Shown one piece after another: positions 30,867-40,657 of a stretch of DNA of 64,000 bases; position 1 is the first letter of the stretch, and each line of letters opens with the position of its first letter. A program made the translations under genes and the position numbers. Source of the DNA: an uncultured Planctomycetaceae bacterium (GTDB taxonomy: Bacteria; Planctomycetota; Planctomycetia; Gemmatales; Gemmataceae); NCBI GenBank assembly GCA_963790585.1, contig CAWBOY010000004.1, positions 108,423 to 172,422 of the forward strand, given 5' to 3'. Below the pieces are notes generated by a model that did not search any database, was not told the DNA's origin, and saw nothing but the letters and a program-made list of their open reading frames with translations.

Positions 30867-33167
30867 TTACCCTTTCGTCAACAATTCCGGCTCCTTGCCG
30901 TTTGTCTTTTCCAAGGGTGTGTCGATCGACACCATCGCCTCGCGCGTCATGCGGTCGGCGTATTCACGCAGGCTGGATAGGCCTTCTTGCTCCGTGAGAG
31001 CGAAGCCGGACTTTTCCGCTACGAGAAGAGCCAGCAGCGTACCAACCAAGCCCTGGCCGGGATTAGCTTGCCCCGTCTCGGAGCCGCCGCCGTTGATGAA
31101 GACGCGCTCCGGCACGAGCGGTTGCGTGCTGTGCGCCAGTTGCTCGGCGACTTGCGACAGAGCATAGAGGCGCGGATCGCCGAACGAGCCGATCTTCCGC
31201 AGCAAAACCGACGCTTCCGACAGACCGATCTGCATGATACGCGAGCCTTCGCCTTTACCGGCGAGGACGCGTTGCTGCGACTCGGCCTGGGCGGTGACGA
31301 CGGTTTGCTCGGCCTGCTTGCGGGCGCGAATCAGGTCGGCTTCGGCTTGCAGGATCCGTTTTTGATTGTCGGCCTGGGCGGTGACGACGGTCTGCTCGGC
31401 CTGCTTCTTGGCGCGAGCCAGCTCGGCCTCGCCCTGGTTCTCGACGATCTGCACCTGGACGCGCGAGTTCGTCAGCTCCGTCTGCTTCTCGGCCTCGGCG
31501 CGGGCTTCGTTCAGCGTCTGCAGCTTGGCCGACGCTGCCCTTTGATGCTCGAACGTCTCTATCTGTTCGATCGACAGTTGACGCAGTCGCAGTTGCTCCA
31601 GGAGCGTCTCGATCTTGCCGTCGGCCTGCTCGGTACCTGGTTTGCCGATGAGCACATCGACGCATTCGATATCGAAATCGCGGAACCGGCGTCGCAACTC
31701 CTCGCGGCCTTCGTTCTGGATCTCGTCACGCTGTTGCAACAGTTGCAGCATCGTCTTCTTGTGAGCGACGTCGCGGAAATACGCACTCAACATCGGGTCG
31801 AGCGTTTGCGTTATCAACTTTTTGACATCGCCAAAACGTTGGATCACGCTCGGTGCTTTCTGGTAGTCGATGTGGACGACGACCGACAACGGCAGCATCG
31901 GTTCGTAGGCGTCGCGCGTCACCAGATCGATCGACCGCAGGCTCTCGTCGTACCGATGCGTCTCGCTGCGGCCCGTGACCCAGTGGAGGACGAAGTTCGT
32001 CGTCGGCACCAGGATCATATTGCCGGCGTAGCGATTGAAGGCGTATTTGCCCGGCCCCAAGGGTTGCTGCCAAACGCCGCGATCTCCCTCGGCGACGCGC
32101 TCGCCATGACGGAAGGCATCGCCGGAGACATCCAATCCGACCTTGCCGTGATAGCTGACGACGACGCCAACATAACCGATCGGCACCACCGTCTTGGCGA
32201 CGATCTCCACTGTGGCGAACCAGCGGTTGATGAAGTAGGTACCATCGGTCAGCGCGATATACTGCCGGCCGCGTTTGCCGCCGGCCAGGAGGAATTCTTC
32301 CGGGTCTTGGTAGTTATTGTGATAATGGGCATCGCCCGGCTCGTTGCCCACCGACGGCGCGATGATCTCGCCAGGAGGCACCGACGGCCCATCTTGTATG
32401 GTGACGATGCCGATGCTGTCGACCGAGATCGTGTTCTCGGGTGTCAGTGGATCGGCACATTCGACCATCCGGCCGATGACGACGGGACTGAACCCATCAA
32501 CCTCGCGCAGCTCCCGTTGCCAGGAAATCAAAGTCTCCAGCTCGCGCCGGCCATTCACATTGAGGCGATAGACCGCATCCTCCGTGATGACCACGAACAG
32601 GGCGGAGTTGATCGCGTAGACACCTTCACGCAGAATCGCGCGCTGCCGGCCACGCTGACCCAGGCTTTCTCCTTCGCCGCCCTGGCCCAGAAAGCCGCGG
32701 GCATCCTGAAACTTGTTGCAGGCGACGACGCGACCCAGGGTTTGGCTCGGCGCCAAGGGCTCACCATCGCGGGCATAGACATAACCGATCTTGCCCTGCG
32801 GCACCGTCACGAGAGGGACCTTGTGAATCCGATATTGCCACCGCCAGAGTCCAAAGTGCGCGCCACCGCGCAACACCTCCGCTTGCAAACCAGCTTCGCC
32901 GCCGAGGACGATGATGCGCCCTTCGGGCGCGGAGCCCTTCGCCGACCACAGCTTTTCGACGATGCCGACGGCGTTATTGGGGATGTAGCGCATCCCCAAC
33001 AGCTCACAAGCGAGCAAAACGGCCAGCGCCACGGCCACGACGCCCAAGCCAACCCAGGCTGCCGCGGGCCATTCCCCGGCAATTCCCGTGTCCGCAAACA
33101 GGGACGCGAACGCAGTCACGACCGACGCGAACATAGACGTTACTCCAGTGAACAAAAGTTTCGTCAT
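30867..33167 (-). CDS. Flotillin/SPFH (band-7) family membrane protein, YqiK/FloT-like.
   Basis: It has N-terminal TM helices. The SPFH domain is YIPNNAVGIVEKLW...IHKVPLVTVPQGKIGYVYARDG, followed by long Ala/Glu/Gln-rich flotillin repeats (AEAEKQTEL...ARKQAEQTVVTAQA...). Confidence 0.8.
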   Translation of the reverse strand: MTKLLFTGVTSMFASVVTAFASLFADTGIAGEWPAAAWVGLGVVAVALAVLLACELLGMRYIPNNAVGIVEKLWSAKGSAPEGRIIVLGGEAGLQAEVLRGGAHFGLWRWQYRIHKVPLVTVPQGKIGYVYARDGEPLAPSQTLGRVVACNKFQDARGFLGQGGEGESLGQRGRQRAILREGVYAINSALFVVITEDAVYRLNVNGRRELETLISWQRELREVDGFSPVVIGRMVECADPLTPENTISVDSIGIVTIQDGPSVPPGEIIAPSVGNEPGDAHYHNNYQDPEEFLLAGGKRGRQYIALTDGTYFINRWFATVEIVAKTVVPIGYVGVVVSYHGKVGLDVSGDAFRHGERVAEGDRGVWQQPLGPGKYAFNRYAGNMILVPTTNFVLHWVTGRSETHRYDESLRSIDLVTRDAYEPMLPLSVVVHIDYQKAPSVIQRFGDVKKLITQTLDPMLSAYFRDVAHKKTMLQLLQQRDEIQNEGREELRRRFRDFDIECVDVLIGKPGTEQADGKIETLLEQLRLRQLSIEQIETFEHQRAASAKLQTLNEARAEAEKQTELTNSRVQVQIVENQGEAELARAKKQAEQTVVTAQADNQKRILQAEADLIRARKQAEQTVVTAQAESQQRVLAGKGEGSRIMQIGLSEASVLLRKIGSFGDPRLYALSQVAEQLAHSTQPLVPERVFINGGGSETGQANPGQGLVGTLLALLVAEKSGFALTEQEGLSSLREYADRMTREAMVSIDTPLEKTNGKEPELLTKG

Positions 33168-34031
33168 CTCCGGCCTAACCGACCGGACGCTGCTTGGCCT
33201 TTGTTGTTAGAGTATTCGTTGGGGCTGGGGGTTGATTTGAAAATGTTGATCGACGTAGTGACTATATGTATATGTCCAGGTCAGTTGGTAGCGTTGTCGA
33301 GAGACCACGGGCAGGGGCGAGATGCAAAAAATGTCAAACGGGTTTGCACCGCGCCATGCCGCTCTAACACGTTAGCTGATTGGATGTTGCGCTGTGCGAA
33401 GGAGGCGAGATGCAAACAAATCCGTGGAGAACCCCCTGCGCATCGACCCCAGCAGCGGTCGCTGCTTTTGGCCGGCGGTTGAGCGAAGCGACATCACCGG
33501 GGAACGCGAGGGAGAGGAATTCTAAGGATTGCCTAGTGTCACATGCACGGGCAGGCACGTCCAGCCACCTTGCCATGCCAAATCACTTTTGGCATGGGTG
33601 GGCATTGCTCTTATGTTAATCGATTTAGTGATCTTTTCGTAAGATATGACAAATAAACAAGTTGCTACTAACGTCGTAGCGGAGTTCTCACCTGCCAAGT
33701 TTCAGCCTTGCCAAATAAGAGAGTGCCGTTGTCCGCAAAAAAGAGGCTGTAAGGCGCCAACATTCGTTTCATTCAACGACCCATTCACCCCTACGAACGA
33801 ATACAGTCATAATGCTCTCGGAGTGGGGAGTCATTGAAACGGAGGTGTTTCCTCGCCTTCTTGATTTGTGTCAAAGAGGACGACGCGCACCTTACGCAAC
33901 TCTCGCCAAATACGGAAGTGAAGTCCATATTGCCCTTGGTAAAAGGTAGAAACCGCGTCCACCAAACCCGCACCCTGCGTGAAGTATTTGTTACGATGGT
34001 CTTCTAATCGCGTTTCGAGTCAGGGGGGTGC

Positions 34032-36266
34032 ATGATGTCCAATGGGCCACCAAAAACAGATTCGCATGGTGGCCCGGGTGAGAAAGCATCGTCCGACGCC
34101 AGCTCCGCCACCACAAAAGCAGCGCGGCCGCCGGTTTCTGCAGTCTGGCCAGGAAGCTCGCTCGACTGGTCGTCGTCGCGTATAACGGTGCATCTCTACG
34201 TGGAGTTGCCGTTTTGGCTGATGATGCCGGAAGGGCAGTTAGCGGTGTGTCATGGTGCGTCGAATCTCAAGATCACCGTGGTGCATGGCTGCGAGGAGAT
34301 ACAACTTACTACCACACACTATAAAAACCGTTTCTCGACGGCGTTCATCGTGAAGCCGGGCGAGTTGCCGCCGCTCGAAGCACAGCGGCGGATAGAACAG
34401 AGCAAGAACGGATGCTCTGCTCGGATTCACAGAACCACCCTAGTCATCGAGACGATGGTTATACAGAGCGCTCTGGAAGGGTTCATGCACGAGAAGTCGC
34501 TAAACCGCGCGCACGCGGCGCAGTACCTAACGGCGCTGGTGGCGGGACACATTCCGCTCGTCAACGCACTCATCACGGCTTACCGACGAGTATCCTATGA
34601 CCCCTTCGTTCAGGAGGTCACCGAAGCCACCGTCCCGATTTGGTTCCTGCGGTTCAAGGATCACTTCCTGCGCGTGTCGGTTTATCCGTATTCCGACCTA
34701 GAGTACCGCTTAGACCTACCCACCAAGGAGAGGAAGACGGAGCCAGTCAATCTGGCCACCATCCAGGAAGTCGGCCAGTTCCTTTCGCAGTGCGAGACAC
34801 CTGGCGAGACGATTCTCCTTGATGCATGGAGCTACTTCTACGCGGGACGCTTTGGCGATTCGATACGAGCCCTGGTTTCAGCAATCGAGGTACTCGTCGA
34901 GGCGAAATACGCGGAGGCGCTGCGGAATAGCGGAAAATCGACAGAACAGGTCCAGAGAGCTTTGGAGTCAACCGCTACGAAGTTCATCACGCGACTGAAC
35001 AACTACCTACAGGTAACGAAGCGCACGATACCTGGGCCGCTCCTCTCGTGGCTTCCCTACATAACCGGCGTGCGGCTGCGAAGCGAACTCGGGCGGACCC
35101 GCGAATTGCGGCACAAAATCGTGCATGAGGGTCACCGCGTGAGCCCCTTCGACCACGGCTCGATGCTGCGGGCCGCAGAAACCATGACCTGGCTGTTTGA
35201 CTGGCTCGATAACAATGAAGTCGCCAGTATGAAACGGTTCAAGCGGTACGAAATTAAGGAGATGCTGAAGGGCCGAATACTGTTCGACGTTGAATACGCG
35301 ACTGACGGAGTGAAGGTGGTCGAACGGAACGACATTCCGCCGGACGACACCAAGGAGTTCTTGGCCCGCGACATGCTATGGAGCACGCATCGCCGCGCGC
35401 TTCATGGCAGCGCCAAGGATCTGCCCCTTTTCGTCAAAATGTCGCTCGCAGTCATTTTGGCGGACAACGCGGATATCATGGACGTGTTCATGAGTCGCAA
35501 GGGGACGTCAATCGTGGATCACGAAATACTGAGTCCACACCCTGCGATCACTCCGGAGCGATTCCAGTGCGACCTTGATGACCTGCGGCTCGCGGTGTTC
35601 CTGGTCGAACTCGACGGAATGCTCAGCATTGCTGATTTGAATGGCGTGATGGTCAGGCTTCTACAGCTCCGCTGCGAATACCCCGACAAACGGATCCACG
35701 GGCTATGCGTCGTCAACCAGCAGCAGCACCTGGCGCCGGAAGCCCGCGAGACATGCCGCGAGTTGGACGACAACCTCGCGGAGTTGCTCAGAACCTGCGG
35801 CCTGTCGGCGGTGTTCGCGCCCGACCTGGCCTGGTACATCAAAGGGGGGCGTGACCACAAGTGGCCGCTGAGCCTGCTCCGCGACGGCATGAAGGGGAAG
35901 GGCCTAATTACCTGCTGGCCGCCGAACTGCACCTACGTCGGCGATGTAATCCGGTTATTCCCCAAGATAGGCGTGCTCGGTGTCGAGATCGCTGCCGACC
36001 CGCCCATCGCGAAAGGCGATCAGGTGTTCGTTCACTCTGCCGCCGGCTACGAGGCTATGACCGTCGAGTCGATCCGCCGGGAAGAAATGGAGATACCTTC
36101 CGTAAAGACCGGACAGGCTGGCCTCAAGGTCACTGGCGACGTGAAGAAAGTAACTGCGGGAGCCCTCGTGTTCAGGGCTTCTCCACCAACTCCGCCTTCT
36201 GCTTCTGAAACCAGTGCAGACGCCAAGGCGATGAGCAAAATCCCAGATGCGCCCGTATCAGGCTGA
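34032..36266 (+). CDS. Large hypothetical protein (744 aa) with a central Abi-type HEPN-like motif (RELRHKIVHEGH, R-x-x-[ILV]-V-H). No NTPase motif was seen.
   Basis: It is a long ORF in the AT-richer island. The Rx4H motif sits in a predicted helical context. The N-terminus is disordered. Confidence 0.45.
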   Translation: MMSNGPPKTDSHGGPGEKASSDASSATTKAARPPVSAVWPGSSLDWSSSRITVHLYVELPFWLMMPEGQLAVCHGASNLKITVVHGCEEIQLTTTHYKNRFSTAFIVKPGELPPLEAQRRIEQSKNGCSARIHRTTLVIETMVIQSALEGFMHEKSLNRAHAAQYLTALVAGHIPLVNALITAYRRVSYDPFVQEVTEATVPIWFLRFKDHFLRVSVYPYSDLEYRLDLPTKERKTEPVNLATIQEVGQFLSQCETPGETILLDAWSYFYAGRFGDSIRALVSAIEVLVEAKYAEALRNSGKSTEQVQRALESTATKFITRLNNYLQVTKRTIPGPLLSWLPYITGVRLRSELGRTRELRHKIVHEGHRVSPFDHGSMLRAAETMTWLFDWLDNNEVASMKRFKRYEIKEMLKGRILFDVEYATDGVKVVERNDIPPDDTKEFLARDMLWSTHRRALHGSAKDLPLFVKMSLAVILADNADIMDVFMSRKGTSIVDHEILSPHPAITPERFQCDLDDLRLAVFLVELDGMLSIADLNGVMVRLLQLRCEYPDKRIHGLCVVNQQQHLAPEARETCRELDDNLAELLRTCGLSAVFAPDLAWYIKGGRDHKWPLSLLRDGMKGKGLITCWPPNCTYVGDVIRLFPKIGVLGVEIAADPPIAKGDQVFVHSAAGYEAMTVESIRREEMEIPSVKTGQAGLKVTGDVKKVTAGALVFRASPPTPPSASETSADAKAMSKIPDAPVSG

Positions 36267-37549
36267 ACCCCGGCCGCACAGCTGGCATTTTTTGAGTCGG
36301 GTCAGAAACAAGAAAGGGGGCCAAGTTTCGTTTGACCAAATCCGCCCAGGGAGTTCGTAACAGTAGTCAAAGCTACCATGAAGATTTGATGAAACGAAAC
36401 CTGCCCCTCTTTTCACTGTCGAGGGCCCCCTGAGAAATGCGTGTGAGGCCTCCCATCTTCATTTTTCGCGGTCCACAATAAGAGCTCCTGCCACTTCTTT
36501 CGGTGCCCAATTCACTACTGCCCTTTCTTCTTCTTGGGGCTTCGCTTGGCCGATGGCTTCTTCGTCGGCGATTCGGTTAATTCCGCCTCAATGGCTTCGA
36601 TGCTTGGAAGGCTCGATTGCAATTCCGGGGGTAAAGCCTGGGTCAATTCGTATTCCGAGACGCCGATGAGGGCGTCCAAACCTTGCAAAGTGTACTCGGC
36701 AACAACTCGGTTTCGGTCCTGGCATAGGATCAGGCCGATGGATCGAGCGTCGGTTTCGTGCCGCAATTGGTCATCTACGACATTTAGGTAGAAGTTCATC
36801 TTTCCCGCGTAGCCCGGCTGGAAGGCGCCGGTTTTCAGATCGATGACGACGAAGCAGCGGAGCTTGAGATGGTAGAAAAGGAGATCGATGTGAAAGTCTT
36901 CGTTACCAACCTCAATGCGGTATTGCCGACCCACGAACGAGAAGCCCTTCCCCAGTTCGAGCAGGAATCGTTCCAGATGGTGCAGGAGCTGGGTCTCGAG
37001 CTCACGCTCGTGGAACGGTTCTTCCAGGGTAAGGAAGTCGAATATATAAGGATCTTTGAGGGTTTGAACTACGAGATCGGACTGGGGAGATGGTAAAAGG
37101 GCAGGCACGTTGGTGATGGCCTTGCCTTGTCGGGCGTGGGCCTTGCTCTCGATTTGAAAGTACAGGATATTCCTGCTCCATCCGTATTGGAGCGTCTGTC
37201 GAATATACCAAATTCGCTGATCGAAGTCCTTCACCTTCGCAAGCAGGACGGCATGATGGCCCCACGGGATCGCCCAGAGCAGCGAATCATCGGAGTCCAT
37301 TTTTGCGACAGGCTGTTGCACTTTTGCCGTCGTCCGCGACTGCTCTAATTTTGCAACAGCCTGTTGCAAAATTGCGTCCGGCTGTGGATACGCTCGGAAA
37401 AAAGAGATCATCAACCCGATATTCCGCTCGGAGAAGCCTTTTGTCTCAGGGAGCTCGTTTCGAATGTCAAGGGCCAGACGCGGGATGACCCCGGCTCCCC
37501 AACCCGCTTCGTCTTGTTTCGCATTGATCAACCGACCGATGTCCCAGTA

Positions 37550-38806
37550 AAGCAGGGCAATCGCATCTAATCCCCCATAAAAAGGCCAAGAATGGCCTCG
37601 CGCGTTTCGTCGTTCCAGCCTGCTTGCAAGCGATTCTTCTCGATGCCGCCTTTGGTCGATTCGTCCTGCCGCAATAACGAGATGACCCAGCGTCGTAACA
37701 ACGCCAGGTTCCCTGCCGCATGGCCCGTCCGAGCACGATTGCGATCCTCCGCAAAATACATGTCCAACACCCAATGCAAGCCATTCTCCACTCCCCAATG
37801 ACTCCGTATCGCTCCCGCCATCTGCTTCGCCTTGGGTTGCAGGCTGCTTATAAAATAACGCACCTCCGACTTCTCCACTCCACCCTCCTGGTAGCTACGC
37901 GTGCAACGGGCGATGCTCACCAGATCCCGCCAATCCTCCTGATGACGCAACGTCTTGGGTACCGCCATCGTCTGCGTCCAGCGCGTTTCCAAGCGACCGT
38001 GCCCCTTGTCCTGCTCCGTGTGCGTTTGCACCGTTGCCGTGCTACGACCCTCGTCCACGGCGGCAAACGCCTCCACGATGTCCTGCTCCAAATGCTCCTG
38101 ATTCCCTTTCACCGCCAGCACATAATCGGCTCCCTTTTCTCGTATCTTGCTGGCAATCTCTTTCTGACATCCCATGGCATCCAAAGTCACAATCGCTCCC
38201 GTCAATTCCAACACCTCCAACAGTTTAGGAATCGCTGTGATCTCATTGGATTTGTCATCGACCACTTCCTGACCCAAAAGCAATTGGTTCTCCGTGGCCC
38301 AGGCGCTAACGACATGAAGCGGATGCTTGCTCTTGGCTCGATCCAACGTCGCACGAGCCGTCTTGCCGTCGATGGCCACCACCTGGCCGGACGTACTCCG
38401 TTCGAGGCTGGTCACCCAGCTCAGAAAACACTCGACAAAGGCTTTGCCATCCAGGGCGGCGAACACACGAGCGAAGGTGTCATGCGACGGCACGCGGTCG
38501 GGCAGATCCAGGAATTTTTCGAGCCAGACGCGCTTGCTCTTGGCGAACTTTTCCATGGCCACGCAATCGTTGGCGCCGCTGACGACAGCGCACAGGGCGA
38601 TGAAGAGGATGTCCAGCAGTCGGTGATGCTTGGTACGGTTGATGCGTGGATCCTGCAACTGGGCAAAAGCGGCAAGAAAGGGGGTTGCTTGGGTCTGCGC
38701 CATGAGTCTTTTCCTCCGTGAAACGGGTACGTTCCACCAGAATCATTCGCAGTAACCTTGTCCCTGACAACTGAACAGCCAATAATGAACAGGCGTTTAG
38801 ATGCGA
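37550..38806 (-). mobile_element. ISAs1-family insertion sequence. It has perfect 19-bp terminal inverted repeats (GCAGGGCAATCGCATCTAA) and an 8-9 bp target-site duplication (CCAGTAAA at 37542-37549 and 38807-38814).
   Basis: The inverted repeats and duplication were read from the sequence. The element is 1257 bp. Confidence 0.8.
37567..38703 (-). CDS. ISAs1-family transposase (DDE_Tnp_1_assoc N-domain plus DDE).
   Basis: HWGVENGLHWVLDMYFAEDRNRARTGHAAGNLALLRR is the family signature. The protein is 378 aa. Confidence 0.85.
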   Translation of the reverse strand: MAQTQATPFLAAFAQLQDPRINRTKHHRLLDILFIALCAVVSGANDCVAMEKFAKSKRVWLEKFLDLPDRVPSHDTFARVFAALDGKAFVECFLSWVTSLERSTSGQVVAIDGKTARATLDRAKSKHPLHVVSAWATENQLLLGQEVVDDKSNEITAIPKLLEVLELTGAIVTLDAMGCQKEIASKIREKGADYVLAVKGNQEHLEQDIVEAFAAVDEGRSTATVQTHTEQDKGHGRLETRWTQTMAVPKTLRHQEDWRDLVSIARCTRSYQEGGVEKSEVRYFISSLQPKAKQMAGAIRSHWGVENGLHWVLDMYFAEDRNRARTGHAAGNLALLRRWVISLLRQDESTKGGIEKNRLQAGWNDETREAILGLFMGD

Positions 38807-39032
38807 TTGCCCTGCCCAGTAAAGTCGGATCAACTCGGCGTTGGCGGCGAAGATGGCTCGCGTCTGGGAGCGTTGGATGCGCGATTTCACGTCCTGAAGC
38901 AGACCTGCGTAGTCCTTAGATATTCCCTTGGTTATCTTCTTATCCACGGCTATCCCCACATGATCCTTGCGAAGGCAATATCGCGGCGTACCGAATTTTC
39001 CGATGAGCTCAGAGGTTGAATGCTACTGTAGC

Positions 39033-39119
39033 CTAAATCCATCTCCCTATTTCGTCCGATTCACGACCTTCCGCCTTCATGGTCCGGGATATGTTCGCAA
39101 ATGCGAGCTTCAGCTTCAT
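39033..39119 (-). pseudogene. Truncated DUF5615 (PIN-like toxin) remnant, MKLKLAFANISRTMKAEGRESDEIGRWI, overlapping the DUF433 stop with ATGA.
   Basis: The start resembles the DUF5615 N-terminus (MKLLLDENLS...), and the ATGA overlap is typical of toxin-antitoxin pairs. Only about 28 aa remain. Confidence 0.35.
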
Positions 39120-39370
39120 GCCAGCACCGGATCCGTCGGGATCGGAATGATTCGTTCGCGTGTCATCTCCGCGGCAAAGGCTAACGCGGCCCGAATATCC
39201 TCGAGCGCGAGTTGCGGATATGCAGCAAGCAATTCAGTCTCGGCGATTCCGTCTACCAGATTGTCGACAATTAACGACACCCAAATTCGCGTGACCTGGA
39301 TCACGGGCCGGCCAAAGCAAACACAAGGATCTATCGAAATCCGCTGAAGTAGTTCGTTGCGGTCTCTCAT
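39116..39370 (-). CDS. DUF433-family (antitoxin-like) protein.
   Basis: ISIDPCVCFGRPVIQVTRIWVSLIVDNLVDGIAETELLAAYPQLALEDIRAALAFAAE matches the DUF433 signature. Confidence 0.7.
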   Translation of the reverse strand: MRDRNELLQRISIDPCVCFGRPVIQVTRIWVSLIVDNLVDGIAETELLAAYPQLALEDIRAALAFAAEMTRERIIPIPTDPVLA

Positions 39371-39673
39371 GGGAAATAGCCTTCCGTTGTCGAACGCTTT
39401 TCGTTTCTGGGGATAAAGATCTCGGTTCGGAGTCGATCCGAGCGAGGAACATGACCATTGTACGCCGCTGAACCATTTTGCGCCACGATCTCCCTCTGTT
39501 GTGTAACGTTATCCCGACCGTGACACGCGACACGACCAAAGGTCTCCTGTGCTTTGATGGCGCACTAGGTTCACCGATTTAATTGGTGAAAAATCCGGGG
39601 TAAAATATAAGAAAGAGATAAGCATCCGAACTTATTTTTCATCCCAGATTTTTTACCATTATTCCTGAAAGCC

Positions 39674-40066
39674 ATGAAGCCATACCGCAAACGAGACGAC
39701 CCGGTTGATACAAATTTTTCTACGCCGCTTTTTCCTCGGGGCCGTGTGGTCTTCAAGACTTGGCGCATGCTGCGGTGGTTCTTGCTTTTGCTGGTGCCGG
39801 TCGTCGCCAACGCATTGGTGCTTTGGCTCTATCGTGGCCGACCAGGCGTCGCAGCTTTCTTGTTCCTATTCGGAGACGTCCTGGCGTTGGATCTTGTCTT
39901 GAGCTTATTCTCCGGGAGGACATCGAACACAGGGCGAACGTTCGATCGGCGTACAAGCCCGCTCGATTATTGGATCACGATCGCCCTCATTATCCTTGCC
40001 TTCCTGGCAATGGGCTGCGGCTACCTTTTTTACTTGGCATACAAGCTCGCGGGCTTTAGGCTCTAG
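39674..40066 (+). CDS. Small integral membrane protein (three to four TM helices), hypothetical.
   Basis: It has hydrophobic helices and sits in the AT-richer island. Confidence 0.4.
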   Translation: MKPYRKRDDPVDTNFSTPLFPRGRVVFKTWRMLRWFLLLLVPVVANALVLWLYRGRPGVAAFLFLFGDVLALDLVLSLFSGRTSNTGRTFDRRTSPLDYWITIALIILAFLAMGCGYLFYLAYKLAGFRL

Positions 40067-40147
40067 TGTCCAGACGACAGTGAACGAGGATCCGAAATCC
40101 GGGGACGCGCTCCCTGTGCAGACATCTCAACGCAATGGAGATTATTC

Positions 40148-40657
40148 ATGAGCCTTTGGGCGACGATCAAGAACTGGTTGAACATCGGCGGCGTCAAGGT
40201 TTTGCTCTGGAAATACACCGAGCCGCTGAGCCGATCAAATCCCGTCATCAAGGGAGCGGCCCTGCTCAAGAGCAAGGCAAACAAAACGGTCCTCGGAATG
40301 GAAATCCGCGTGATTGAAGAGTTCACCAAAACCGAAACGGAAGGGGAGGGCGAAGAGAAGAAATCCCAACAAAAGACGGAGACGACGGTACTTGCTTCCG
40401 TAAAGTTTCCCGAATTCGACGCCGGCGTGGGCTACCCACTCGATCTAAAGGGCGGCGAGAATAAGGAGCAGACGTTCGAACTCTTTGTGGACATCACGCC
40501 CCGGTTGCAAAACTATGGCGGCGTCGTCGGCAGCCTGGGCAAGCTCGCCGCCTGGGTAACCAAGGAAAAGGTAGAGTATTTCCTGGTCGCCGAGGCCCGC
40601 GTCAAAGGGTCGGCGTTCGCCGCATCCGACAAGAAGAAGTTGAAGATCGGGGATTGA
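40148..40657 (+). CDS. SpoOM-family (arrestin-like fold) protein.
   Basis: The N-terminus MSLWATIKNWLNIGGVKVLL matches the Spo0M GIGGxKV pattern, and there are acidic Glu/Lys-rich loops. Confidence 0.45.
   Translation: MSLWATIKNWLNIGGVKVLLWKYTEPLSRSNPVIKGAALLKSKANKTVLGMEIRVIEEFTKTETEGEGEEKKSQQKTETTVLASVKFPEFDAGVGYPLDLKGGENKEQTFELFVDITPRLQNYGGVVGSLGKLAAWVTKEKVEYFLVAEARVKGSAFAASDKKKLKIGD

Larger units (their letters stand above)
36515..38959 (-). pseudogene. YhcG/DUF1016-family PDDEXK nuclease gene disrupted by an ISAs1 insertion. The N-terminal fragment is 38770-38959 (...LLQDVKSRIQRSQTRAIFAANAELIRLYW) and the remainder is 36515-37549 (DIGRLINAKQDE...).
   Basis: Both halves align to YhcG (GFSERNIGLM...; GKGFSFVGRQYRIEVGNEDFHIDLLFYHLKLRCFVVIDLKTGAFQPGYAGKMNFYL = PD-(D/E)xK core). 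The LYW codons are duplicated at the IS borders. Confidence 0.7.

Noticed and set aside
28767-30997. Small ORFs sharing ETNFPPVVER...GQPF (28771..28968 and 30770..30997), and RSTTGGKFVSF on the opposite strand.
   Set aside because: They are by-products of translating the repeated nucleotide element. The substitution pattern between copies is 5 non-synonymous to 4 synonymous, which is not that of a conserved protein.
30987-33482. An 831-aa ORF on the plus strand.
   Set aside because: It lies entirely antisense to the well-supported flotillin gene. It is Arg/Leu/Asp-rich with low complexity, typical of a shadow ORF in high-GC DNA.
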